This document shows positions 10,952-25,214 of a stretch of DNA of 64,000 nt, piece by piece; position 1 is the stretch's first letter; each line of letters opens with the position of its first letter. A program made the translations under genes and the position numbers. This stretch comes from Podospora anserina. Taxonomy: Eukaryota. The notes beneath the pieces were generated by a model. That model saw nothing but the letters and a program-made list of their open reading frames with translations. It searched no databases and had not been told where the DNA came from. The stretch is from contig CM030336.1 of the NCBI GenBank assembly GCA_017654855.1, positions 3,038,001 to 3,102,000 on the forward strand, written 5' to 3'.

Positions 10952-13586
10952 ATGGAAGAGCCAGCTGTGATCCCGGAGAAGACTGGGCAAGCGGGGACGG
11001 GCGCCGGGTCCGGCCCGGAGTTATCCTCGACAGCAGCACAGAAGAAGAGAAGTCGCATCCGCTTCTCTTGCACAACCTGCAGGGACAAGAAGTAAGCACC
11101 TGGCTCAGATTTTGACAGGTGGCAGCTGACACTGAACATTCTCAAAGATTGAAATGTGACCGCCAAACCCCATGCGACCAGTGCATGAAGCGAGGGATAG
11201 AGGCCACTTGTGAATTCATCCCCTATGTCACTGGCGGGTCCCGCCCCGGACCGGCTCTTCCTGCGCGTCATCACCCAAGAGACGCCACGAATCCTGCTAC
11301 GACGACAGCACCTGCACCTGACAGCCACCGCTCCAAGCCCGCTGCCAACGACTCGGCCGTGCAAGCCCGGCTCCGACACCTTGAGCACCTCGTCCAGGTT
11401 CTCAAAGCCCAACGCCGTGAAGCTGTCCCTGTTGAATCAACCGCCGGTGTGGCCGCCGACTTTGGTGACGATTTCCAGGAGGATGACCTTCCCCGCATAT
11501 CAGCCCGCGTCAGAGAGACGGCTGGAATGATTTTGAGCGATTTGCGTTACGTTGATGCCTCCCACTGGGAATCTATCCTCAGCGATGTACGCCTCCACCT
11601 TTTGCATCACATCTATACCCACAAGTTCTGACAAAATCAATGCAGGTTCTAAGTATCACCGGAAGTCTGGACAGACCTGAAGATGTGTTCCAGGACGATG
11701 ATGACCCCATTGTTCCGCCCAAACCTGAGCGTCAAGGACAACCCGACTTGTTGTTGGGCGGCTGGCCAAGGCTCTCTGTCGAAGAGCTGGTTCGCTATCT
11801 GCCTCCTCGTGCTATTGCTGACCGACTGCTTGCCCGTCTATTCCAGGCCAAAGAACCAGGATGGATCATGTTCCACATGCCCAGTCTTCTCAGGCACTAC
11901 GAAACCTTTTGGGAGCACCCCGCCGCCATGACTTACACCGAGCTCGCCCTTCTCTTTGCCATGTTCTGCAATGCCTCGTTGTACTATATGAAAAGTGGCG
12001 AAGAGCTGCCCGGCAGACTCGGCGATGCTGGAGAGGCGTACAGGATCTACAAGGCCCGGTGTGCCCAGTGTCTGGTTTTGGGTGACTACACCAAGCCCTG
12101 GCGCTACAAGCTTGAAGCCATGATTCTTTACTTTGGGTCGGAATATCTCGGCCAACAGGACGCACATATCAACGTCTCGGTCATACTGTCCATTATCGTC
12201 CGCCTTGCCATGCACATGGGCCTGCACCGAGACCCGAAGCACTATCCAGACATGTCCCCATTCGAGGGGGAAATGCGCCGGCGGCTGTGGACCGTGTTGA
12301 GAGACGTGGATATTCTGATTGGTTTTCAGTTTGGTCTGCCAGGCAACATACCAAACGATTTGTACGACACAGCCCTTCCGCGAAACCTTCACGACGAGGA
12401 CTTTGACGAGAACACCTTAGAGTTGCCCCCATCACGACCAGAAACAGAGAAAACGGTGACGTTGTGGTGCATCATGAAGGGCCGCATCGTCAATGTCTTT
12501 TCCGAAATCACCACGGCCATGAGCTCGCGAAAGGCGCCGGGGCTTTCCGACATTATGCGCATGGATCGAAAGATTGACGAGCTTGCGACGCAGTTCCCGC
12601 CCAGCCTCCGCTATCGACCTTTCAGCCAGTCGGTGGTGGACCCGGTAGACATTATCATGCAACGGTACCAGCTCGAGCTGCTGTTTCTCAAGTGCCGCAT
12701 CGTCCTGCACCGACGGTACATGGGTTACGCCCGCAAAGACAAGCGGTACGAGCACTCTCGGCGTGTCTGTCTCGAAGCTGCGACGAAGACGCTCCGTCAT
12801 CAGTACGACGTTCATTGCGAGCTTCAGACGGGCGGCCGCTTGTCACACGAGCGCAGCCATTGGTTCTTGAGCAGTTTGAGCACCCACAACTTTCTTTTGG
12901 CGGATATGATCCTCTGTCTAGAGCTGTGGTTTCTCAAAGCCAGGGAAGGGCGGAGCCCTCCGGCCGTTGAGCAGTCTCCCGAGATGATCATGACGAAGGA
13001 CCAGATTCTGGATATCTTGCGGACATCACGGCTGATTTGGCAAGGGAGGCGAAAGGAGTCGGCCGAGGCCAACAAGGCGTTCAACATTCTCACAAAGATG
13101 CTGTCTTTGTCCACGGGCGAGAGCCTTGATGGGAGCCCAGAGTCGAGTAACAATAGCGCATACGACAGGCTTGAGACTTCTTCGTATCCGGCAGTGCCAG
13201 TTATGACGTTTGCTGGTCTGGAGACGGGGCTGCATCCAGCGCCGGTGCTCGGGTCGCAAGCTCCGCCGACGATAGTTCCCACGGGGTGGGCACCTGTTGC
13301 CGGAGGCGAGTTGCCGCTGGACGGGCAGGTGGCTGTCACTTGGGGACATGGATTCCAGCAAGACCTTCCAAATTTGGGACATGTGGATGGGCTGATGGAT
13401 CCGAATTTGGGGGGTGATTGGGTAAGTGCCTGGACTTCAAAGATTTGGGCTGGATGGTTCCTGTTGGGACATGTGCTGACCATGATGATGCAGACACTCT
13501 GGGACAATCAAATCTTGAACTCCAGCGATGGGGTATCACAGATACCATGGGATACGTTTTTTCAAGCAGGAGGATATGGGCTTTGA
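10952..13586 (+). CDS. Zn(II)2Cys6 transcription factor with fungal-specific TF middle-homology domain
   Basis: RIRFSCTTCRDKK|LKCDRQTPCDQCMKRGIEATC across an intron; RLAMHMGLHRDP..FEGEMRRRLW; DTALPRNLHDEDF. Further introns ~11587-11645 and ~13422-13493. Confidence 0.95.
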
Positions 13587-14299
13587 GTATCTGCTTTGCA
13601 TCGTTGTCATCATCAACTATTTTACTGTTTCTTCATCGCTGTGTTGCCAGATGGCTGCCATGCTCCCTCCATTGTTCTCAAATCACCTCAACAGAAAGGA
13701 AAGTGCAACGAATGGCAAGTACAAGTTCCATCAGGTGTCTGACGATGGTGCTCGCGTGGAGTGGAGCTTTTTAAAGTTTGATGGCTGCCTGCTGCTTCGA
13801 GTGGAGAAGGAAGGAGCCCGGGCAGTGTCTCCCGTCGGGCAGTCTGTGGATTTGATTTGAAAATGCAAGAATCATGACCACCGCTTACGGGAATGCAAGA
13901 GCAACAGTGGTGCCCTGATATGGAAACATTGCCCGCCTTTTCAATCATGTAATGAGTTACTTCCACCCCTGGGTCATTGAATGTTGGGAAACTGGAGACC
14001 AGGCAAGCTGGAGCCGGGACCAGCGTCAGAACAAGACCGAGTGGAATGAATTACCCGGGCTGACTTCCAGACTTCGATTGCAATTTTCACCTTCCGTCCC
14101 TTCCTTCAAGCGTTGGTGACTGAATGGCCCCCGAGGAACGGCGTAGACAGCTCAGAAGGAAGGAACCAGCTGCGAGGATGACAGAGCAAGCTACGCTCAC
14201 GAGCCCGGAATCGTGTCAACCTCTCCGTTCAAGAAATCCACAGTCAACACCTTCGCCCCTGTTTTTCCATGACTTTTATTGGATTTCAATACATGTTGA

Positions 14300-14750
14300 A
14301 AACGGCTTTAGGCCTGTCAACTATCGTTTCATGCCTCTTGGCTATGATTTAAGGCCTATAAATGTGACAATAAGACATTTGAGAGATGGTAAAAGGCGTT
14401 AAAACATATTGAATAGGCCTCAGAAGATATCTAACAGGTCTCAAAAAATATTGATAAGAAATTCAGAAAAAAGGTGGAAACCTCTACTCACCCCCCTATT
14501 GTGTTGCGAGCGCGGTCCTCCCTAGGTATCTACCGATTTACTTGCAGTTTCCATAATATAATAAAAGGGCTGTAAATCATGTTTTGAGGCCTCTTAACTA
14601 TATTTTGAGGTGTTTAAATCATATTTTAGGCTATTTAAACTATTTTTAAGACCTCTTAACTATCTTTCAAGGTATTTGAATTATCTTTTATGGCCTTTTA
14701 CCTACTCTTTTTAAGGCGTTTGAATTATTTTTTAAAACATAATTAAATTC
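14300..14750. repeat. AT-rich element of degenerate 21-bp units in forward, inverted, forward blocks (foldback/MITE-like relic)
   Basis: Unit consensus about RAGGCCTYTTAACTATNTTTT. About 3 copies at 14309-14368, 3-4 inverted copies at 14381-14463, a non-repetitive core, then about 8 copies at 14565-14733. Confidence 0.7.
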
Positions 14751-15141
14751 TATATAAAGAAGGTTCTCTTAAAAATCATGTATGTCACATAACAGTTCAT
14801 GGCTACCTGTTACCATGGCACAGTCATTGCTCCTTCCCATCACCATGAATCTGGCACACAGAAGAATGGCACCACTCGCTGTCACCCGACGTCATGGACA
14901 GACCAGGAAGGCACCTCACGCTCTTTCCTGTCTTTCCAGCAGCAGACATCTTGGATGTTGGGCCACAACACCTGTCACCTTTTAACATTTGACATCTTTG
15001 CCAGACCATCTTCCCTCTTCTCTCTTCCGTCCGCATTCCTGTCCCTCTTCGGCTCCTTTTGTCCACCATCCCTCAGCACGCTGCCATTTCCGCTCGTTTG
15101 GAGACATTCATTCCTTTGCAACATCCTGCACCCACGACACT

Positions 15142-18100
15142 ATGCGTGTCCACGCCTCTGTTGGGGCTCTGGCCAGTCTAGCCTGGCTATCCTCTGCGGC
15201 CGCCGTACCACGGGCGTGAGTGCTTTCACCATGGACTTTCTTGATGCATGGCTGACTCTTGTTGCTCTGCAGGGAGGATTGGGCCCTCACCGACACAACA
15301 TGCACCACTACGACGTCTGGCCAGGCCACTGTTATCGTTCTTCCCGGCGAGTCCGCTGCGTCTTACACGCTTCCGTCAGTTTTCACATTCACTCTTCCCG
15401 CCGATGGTGGTGCTGGCTCTGGTTCCTTGGTTTCTTCTGGCTTGGCAAACGGTCCCTCTTTCGCCTCTTCCACCTGCGAGTCCTCGGAAACTCCTGTTGT
15501 TCCTGCCATTCCCACTCCTTCAGCGCCAGTCATTAGCACCGTTACAGTCCCCGTTTTGACGGTGACGCTTCCAAGCCCGCCACTTTCTTCCACTGGTTCA
15601 GATGCAACACCAGTCGCTACAGCGACTGTACCCGGGGAGGCTGCTTCCAATTCTGTGGGCGTTGTGACGGTCACTATCCCAGAGGGGCCCAGCGATACAG
15701 CTACCGTGGTTTTGACCGTTACTGTTCCCCAAGGTTCCGGGAGCCCTGGAGCCTGGTCCACCATCATCACTGCTCCTGCCGTTTCCGGTGCCCCGGCCGG
15801 CCCTCTTGTCACTGTCACCATTTTCACCTCGCCTGCCTCGGCGGCGCCCGGTTCCCCGACAACTTCCATCGACTGGTGGGGCTCTGACTCGACGGCCTTT
15901 GTCACCATTCCACTCGACACTGGCTACGGATCTGACATTTCGCTGGCGCCATACACCCTCACGTACACGCTGCCCGTGGCCCCGGGTTTGACCGATTTGT
16001 CGATTGCCACGGTGACTGTGACCCCGGCGGACCTTTCGATACCTACTGGCGTTGGACCCTTTGCGACAGAGACCCTGTCGTCGGGCGTGTCTTCTTGGTC
16101 GTATGTTCCTGCGCCGCCAGGCACTTCCGTCGTCAGCTTCACCGTCTCGGCCAGCGGCACTGTTCCTGGTTATACTGGCGTCATCACCGTCACACCAGGC
16201 ATGTCTTGGGGCCTTCCTACGCCAGTCTCCGTATCTGGGGACCAGTCAGGGACCGCTACGCCTACCGCACCTGCCCTTGTCACTGTAACTGTCACGTCTC
16301 CTTCGCAACTTCCCACGCCTTCGTCTGGTTTTGCCACGCCTTCTGTTGTGACCGTGACACCTTCCTTGGGCCTTCCTGCGCCTTCGATTGTTACTGTTAC
16401 GCCTTCCGTTATTACAACGACGCCTTACGTTATTACCGCGACGCCTTCCTCGGGTCTTCCAACGCCTTCCATTGTGGCCGTGACGTACACCGTCCCCGCG
16501 TCACTGGGTTTGCCGGCATCCGAGTATACGGTCACGTATACGGTATCCCCGGAGGGCTACAATGGGGGTGGCCCATCCACCGTTTCAGTGCCAGCGCCAT
16601 GGACCTTTACCATCGTGCCTACCGGGGACTCCGGCACGCCTATCGTTGTCACCTGGCCGAGCGAGCAACCTGGTCCCGTGACTGTCACGGTCACGCCTCC
16701 CACTTCTCAAGTTGTTGCAACTGTTGCACCTTCCGCTTCTCAGACTATCGTGACAGTGACACCTGGCGTCGAGCCAGCCTCGCCGGGCCTTGTCGTCACC
16801 ACCATTACACCCTTGTCTGGAACTCCTGTGGTCATCACACTTCCCGACACCGGCACGCCTTTGGCTCCCGCAACATCCGCCTGGACCACTCAAGCCTTTA
16901 TCACGGAAACGATTGTCAGCAATAGCGTGGTCACCGTCACGCCTCCTTCAGGCCCACCCGTCGTAGTCACCATCCCCCAGTCCGTTGCCTTCACTGTGCC
17001 CACTGGCGTTTCTGGTTTTCCACCTGGGACGACTCAAGCTTTTGTCACGGAAACAATCGCCAGCGATAGCGTCATCACCGTCACGCCTCCTTCAGGCCCA
17101 CCGGTGGTAGTCACCATTCCCGAGTCCATTGCCTTCACGGTGCCTACTGGCACTCCACCTTTTTCGGCTGGCTTGTCATCATCGACTTCTGGGACAGTTC
17201 CTCCTCAAACAGTGATTGTGTCTCAAGTCACCATCAGCCAGACCATTTCTCTTGGACCCGGCTCCTCCACGGTTGTTGCTGTGACAACACAGGTCACTCT
17301 TCCAGCTGACTCGACCTCTACATTATCGGAATCTGGTGTCCTTGTTACACCTTCCCTGGCCACATACACCATCGCTGACTCCTATGGGAATCCAACAATC
17401 TTAACTCAATGGACAGTCGTTCCTGTCTCGCCTTCAAGCTCCAGCGCAGGCGGCGGCGGAGGCAATGGAGTGGACGGAACTTTGAGCAGTCCAACTGGGA
17501 CGGTTCAATTCATCACCATCTCGCCAATTGCGCCCACCTCTGTGATCACGATATTGCCATCGGTGGCCCCGTCAGTCATCACCATTTGGCCATCGACAGA
17601 CAGCTTCTTGACGTCGTTTGTTTCGTCAACTTTAGAGGTGCAGTCTGGCAGTGCCTCTCCGTCCGAGATCACCCTCTGGCCTTTGCCAACCTCGACTGAC
17701 ACCACTTGCACAACCTTTTCGACGGGGCACGGCTCTCCAACAATCTCGGGCCTGGGTTCGGCGACGTCTCCATCCTCACTGTCTGTCATCACACTATGGC
17801 CATCGACTGCCAGTCCTCCCTACTCTGTGATCACAATCTGGCCGTCGTCGGGAGACAGCGCCCTAGCTGGCTGGCCTACGACAAGCACTTGCAACGAGTC
17901 TCCGGCCATTCTGACGTCGGTTATTCTCTTGAGCTCGGTCTCTACTCCCTTCACGCCTTTTGGGACCCCGGCGATCTCCCAGAGCAGCGATTCCGCTGTG
18001 GTGGTGGCGCCCACAGAGACAGGACAGACTTTGGGCTCCCAAGGATTGGACACTTCAGCCGGCGCCCTTCCTGAAAGCACCGAGTTGCCGGCTTCGCAGC

Positions 18101-19544
18101 CTGAAAACACCGAGTCTCCTCCTTCGCAGCCCGAGAACACTGAAGCTCCTGCCAATGAATCCGAGGATTTGATGCCTCCACCGCAAACCCAATTCAACCG
18201 TCATGGGCAACACGCAAGGACCACCACGTTGGCTGTTCTGTCTGACAGCACTTTTGGCGGCTATGCCTTCAGCAGTCCGGCCGCAGGCTATGGTGACCTT
18301 CCTCCAGGTTACGGGAACCCCGTGGAAACAGCTCCGGCGTCTTCCAGCCAAGGCATTTTCTTCACGGATTCCAGTCTGCCGGTCTCACAGCCCGCGTCGG
18401 CTGATATCAGCTTCACCGCGTCTGTTCTTCCAATCTCGACGACTTCCACCGCAGATCTGGCGGCCATGTTATCATCAATCATGTCTGTCCTTTCGCCCAA
18501 TGCCACCATTGTCTCTAGACCAGGGCCTGTCTTGACCTCTATTCCAGCTGCTTCGGACAACAGCACGTCATCTACTCAGCCAAGTCTCACCTCCACCACC
18601 TACGCATCATCGAGCAGCGATCTCTTGTTGACTTCAGACAGTATTGTACCAACAGTCACAGCATTGCCAACAACCGCCAGCTCTTTGCTAGCCAACATTT
18701 CCAGCCTCACTGCAGCCCCCATTGCCACAAGTCTTGCCAGCACTAGCCCGAATGTGAGCACTTCCAGCCGAGGACTTCCTGGTTCAACATGCGGCGCGGT
18801 TGGAGATCGGGGAGCAGTGGTGTTCAAGGTATGTCTTGGTGTTGTCTCTCTTTTCTCACAACCGAAGCACTGACCGTATTGTAGTTTGATGACATCCCTA
18901 CCATTTCGACCGACAACGACACCGAGGCCAGCAGCTTCCCAGCAATGCCATTACCCTTCCCGTATCACCGATTCTTCTTCTCCAATGGCTTCAGTGTCGT
19001 TCCCCCGCCTCGCACCAAGTTCAAGGCTTCCTCTGGCCAGCAGCTGATCCAGCACAATTCTTCGGTGTCGCCAGTCGCCGAGTTTGGTCTCGCTGAGCTG
19101 CGCTCCAATCCCTGCTTTCACTTCAGCTTTTTGGGTGTCAGTCTTGGCTGCGACTCTACATCTGACCCCTGTGTTTTCAACATGACGGGTCTGCGCTGGA
19201 ACGGCACCGACGACGTTGTCGAGGCACGCCATACCTTTGAGGTGGCTGCTTGCTCCAAGAAGACCGACTGTAGCCTCAGCCATCAGATTCTGGACTCGGC
19301 GGCTGCGTTGCCATTCTCCAATCTGACTTCACTCAACATTTCGCTGTCGGTGGCTGGCAAGCCAGAGACATGGTGGGCGGATGACTTGCAAATTGCTTGG
19401 GCCGACAACGACTGCACAGTGGCGGCGTGCCGGTCGCGTGTGCCAAACACGATCATGATTCCGCGCATTTCACAACCGTTTGCCAGTCGAGCCAAGAGAC
19501 TGTTGCGATGGGCGGTCCGCGGCAAAGATGACAAGTTCTATTGA
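15142..19544 (+). CDS. Very large secreted Ser/Thr/Pro/Val-rich mucin/adhesin-like protein with Cys-containing globular C-terminal domain
   Basis: Signal MRVHASVGALASLAWLSSAAA. Introns ~15216-15271 and ~18829-18884. About 1200 aa of low-complexity VTVT-P repeats. Final exon FDDIP...PFPYHRFFFSNGF...CFHFSFLGVSLGC...WWADDL..W..NDC..AAC. Confidence 0.85.
16885..17151 (+). repeat. Intragenic direct duplication with 144-bp period
   Basis: TTQAFITETIVSNSVVTVTPPSGPPVVVTIPQSVAFTVPTG and TTQAFVTETIASDSVITVTPPSGPPVVVTIPESIAFTVPTG. Confidence 0.9.
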
Positions 19545-20349
19545 TTCGACATTCCAGTTTTGTCCCAATTTTGATGCACACGGGATGTGCCAATATGTCT
19601 GATATCATTTGCATGTTTTGCTGACTGGCAGTCAGCGCCGAGGCTGATGGTGGGTTGTCTGATTTGGTGGCTGAGAATTGGAAGACTAGATAATGAGGTT
19701 ATGGTGGGAATTTTGACAGATAATATGATGGACTGGTGCGTGCTGGGGAATGGTGTAGATGGACGAGGAGGAGCCGGGATCTTTTTTGACTGTACATGTA
19801 CTTATAGGACACGAGTGGTTGTGGGAGAACAAATGAAGGAATGCTTGCCCAATACTGTGTGGATGTGGCTGTTGTGTGGGTGTCTTGCTTGTCTTGCTGC
19901 CGATGTTGTCTCTGTGAACGACGACAAGAACCACATCAGATGTTGTCAATGATACAAAGCCAGGTATAGAAGGGAAGTATGGGCGGTTCAAGGCAACGGC
20001 TAGTGTATATTCTCTGTCATCAAGTCATGAAGCCACCAAACCAGGAGGCCGTCGTGGTTTTATGTCCTCATCATCATGACCGTCCTGGTATTCCTCCCAA
20101 CCCAAGTCGGCCAAAGATAGCTATGCCGCTGCAATTCAAATCCCAAACTCGGGTTCCCCTCTCAAAACAAAGCAAATGCCAAACTCCCAGCGAAGCCAGG
20201 TATCTGCAAGTCAAAGAGCCTTTTCGGCCGTGCAAGCTGCGGTGTCGCTGTGTCAGCACAATGCTCACTTTTAGATCAGGGCCAAGGTAGGTAGTAGAAG
20301 GGAGAGAGAGAGGGGGGGGGTCAAGATTTGCCAATTGCTTACCGCTCGG

Positions 20350-20613
20350 TCAAAGCTGGGAAGACGAAGTCTTCTTCATCATGGCCCTTCGCTTGCGGCG
20401 AGAGGGGCAGGGGCGGCGGCAGCGGGCGTCACGCTTGCTCTCGGCGAGGTCCTCGGGCGTGGTGCAGGCGGAGCACTTGCGGGCGTTTTTGAGGCGCTCG
20501 AGGAGGTGGCGGGAGCGGCACTCGGGGGTGCCCACATGGGCGCAGGGGCGGTCGAAGAGGGGGATGTGGAAGGTGTGGCCGCAGGTGTGGATTATGCGTT
20601 GGTAGTAGCACAT
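20350..20613 (-). CDS. Small basic Cys/His-rich protein (87 aa, MC...CGH type)
   Basis: ATG at 20613 in aaagATG context. MCYYQRIIHTCGH...C...C...CSAC with a basic tail; C-ending codon bias as in neighbouring genes. Confidence 0.6.
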   Translation of the reverse strand: MCYYQRIIHTCGHTFHIPLFDRPCAHVGTPECRSRHLLERLKNARKCSACTTPEDLAESKRDARCRRPCPSRRKRRAMMKKTSSSQL

Positions 20614-22529
20614 CTTTTGGGGTTGGTGGTGGTGGTGGGTTGTCAAGATGGAAGTTTGAGGGGTTAGTTGATGGACTAGGTACCCAAGGCATAGAGATTG
20701 GTTGAGATGAGATGAGGGGGTAGTTTTGCAAGGGAGAAGAGACGAGAGGGGTTGGATGGGATTTTGGAGAGGCCATTGTGTGTGTGTGTGTGTTTGGATT
20801 GTAAATTGGTGGTTGACTTGAGAAGGAACGATTGAAGGCGGTGACAATGGGAGAGTTATTGTGCCTGTTGTGCGGGGCTGGAGGGGGGTGTTTATTGTGG
20901 GAGTTGAGAGGGTCGGGTCTTTGAAAGATAATGGGATTGGTGGGTTCTATTGGTGATAATGGATTGTGTTGGATGTTTCATGTTCTCATTGTTGGTTGTC
21001 TATGCATGGAAGGTAGACTTTTGTGTGACATGAGGGGGGTTTGTTGATTCACCCCTGAAGGTAGTGGTGGACTTGTTCATGGCTGTTGTCAGCCCTCCAC
21101 AGTACGTCATTGGAGCCCTACCTACACAATCATCACAAGCCTAGATAGGTAGGTAGGCAACCAACTGCCGGGTGGAGATGTGCTCTTGTCACAGACAAAC
21201 AGAAATGAGCCAGTTTGTTGCTTTTGGTTGGAGCGCGCATGACATGCAAGCTAATGTATGTTTTTTTGGAGCCTCAATTTCTCCGATTGAAGGTTACAGT
21301 GAGGAGTGGACCCCCAGTGGGGCTGCCACATGGCTGTCAGCGATGGTTCGAGTTGTGACACGGCCTGCTGAGCGGGAGGAGCCTCCCACGATAAGGTACA
21401 GGAGGGGAGAACTTGTGCGACCAAAGCCAGGCATGCATGATGAGTGGAATTGGGCCGGTAACCCCTTTTTTTTCATCTCTAAATCTAATTGCAGGTCCCA
21501 ATCCACTGAGCTGCTCCAGATGCTCGGAATCTCAGCCGAACTCGGCATAGATAAACCAGCAGCCAGCCAGCTCCACCGGGATGCCGATTTGCCCCAACAC
21601 GCTACCAAGTAGCCATTCGATGGTGTCGGAGACATTGAAGTTTCCGCCGGACGGCAAAGAGGCAGCAAAAATCTCGGCATCAATGTTGGAAGCTCTCGGT
21701 GCCGTCAACACAACCTTTCCATTGGAAAATAAAATGGACATGACCACCCACGTCAAAAAAGCAACTCACCAGCCGTCGATCTTCAACCCCTCACCTCGGC
21801 AATCCTAGATCTTGGAATCGGGCTCCCATGCCCCTGTCGACAAATTCTTGGCACCTTGGCAGGGCTCCAACCGTCGAGGTTCTAGTTACTTTCTGACACT
21901 GTTCTACGCTTCTTGTCCGTCTGGCTCGGGGTGGGATCATAGGGGCAGTTATATATCTAGGTATGTTTGGATAGGCTTGGACACCTCCATCAATTGTTGG
22001 AAGTACACCATGTCATTCGTAGACGAGATCTTGTCTCAACTTCCAGAGCCCGACAGTCACCTAGTATAGACTCGGCCGATGGAGCAAGGGATAGATATCC
22101 CTTTCGGGCAACGCCGTGCCGGGTCCACCGCAAAATGGAGGCCGATTCCTTGGTTGTTGAGGCTCCGGTATCCGCAAGACAATGGAGAAAAAATGTGATG
22201 CGAGTGCGAAACAGACCAGTGCCGTCGCCGTTCCGTCTGATAGGATCTGCATGACTGTCGGCGCCCCGCTGCCAACCTGACGGCTGGGTCCAGGCCCTTG
22301 TTTCCGGGCCCGCCCCATGACTTTTTTGTCTCCGCTGTTTGGCCCAGGGGAAGGTTATTAAAATACATGGGCCGCCGCCATCTCTTGCTCCCTTCTGGCT
22401 TGGAAAGACGATGTTTTGAACTTCTGACCTCTTCCCGGCCACCAGCCCCACGCCAACCACCGCTCCCGCCTGCTCCCTCCCCCGGTCTATGCCGCCGCAA
22501 CAGATGACAACATCACCGGGTGCCCTACC

Positions 22530-24291
<1,762 letters not shown>

Positions 24292-25214
24292 TAATACAGA
24301 TGGAGAAGAGGGTTTGATTATTTTGTCATGGGTGGAAGCATAGATTCTGGTCGATTTGATGTTGCTCCTATGTTTTAAACTGTGACCAAGATGTCCTGGG
24401 TGGGTTGCAAACCCCAATTGATAGTTGGAAGCAATGATCTGAGAGATATATCACAACTTGCATGAGTCAGTGATAAGTTGCTGGTGTTTCTTGAGATCTT
24501 TGTTCGTTTTGTCAAGCCCCTTTCTTGGGGGCCCCGCTATTTGTTACTCTTTGTTGCTAGGGCAACCCACGAACAGGGGCTTTCAGGGGCAATCGAATCT
24601 TTGAACCTTGTGGCTTCCATAATCAAAGGAAACTTTAAATGATTCGAAGCAATTTTGGTTGACAATGTAGCCATGCTCGAGAGAATGATGCAGGGGTGGT
24701 GTTGATGTTCTTTGAGCAGATGTACTTTTTTTTGTGTCTGCTAGCTGATCACCGCTGTAGGAAAGGCTACACATGCTGTCACAAGGTGCAAGGTTGACGT
24801 CCATCTATTCTATCCGGGAGCCACTAGCAGGCCCACCTGAGGCTGTCGGGCGTGACACAAATGATTCTGTACCTGCCCGCACTTTGCTACCTCCAGAAAC
24901 CCACTTAGAACTTGCACTACCATAATTTGCGTTCACTTGTTAACTTCAAAAACCAATCGCGATTACCAAGCCATAGAAAACGCTGGCGCTTGACGATGCA
25001 CCAACTATATTCCCCTCTCTTGATTGCCGCAATCCTACAACTATGCTCAGCTACCACACCTCTGATCGCCGAACCAGACCCTCACATTTGCGGCCTCAGT
25101 CTCAACAGCACCAAAGACCACCCCTTCACCAGTGTCCACGCCGGCCTTGACATATCCACCCTGAGCCTGCGCGACGACTCGGATAACCGGGGGGTGGGTG
25201 GGGGGTGGGGGAGG

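Noticed and set aside
14565-14733. 21-bp repeats as a CRISPR array or heptad coiled-coil gene
   Set aside because: No spacers, a eukaryotic context, degenerate units and no sustained ORF.
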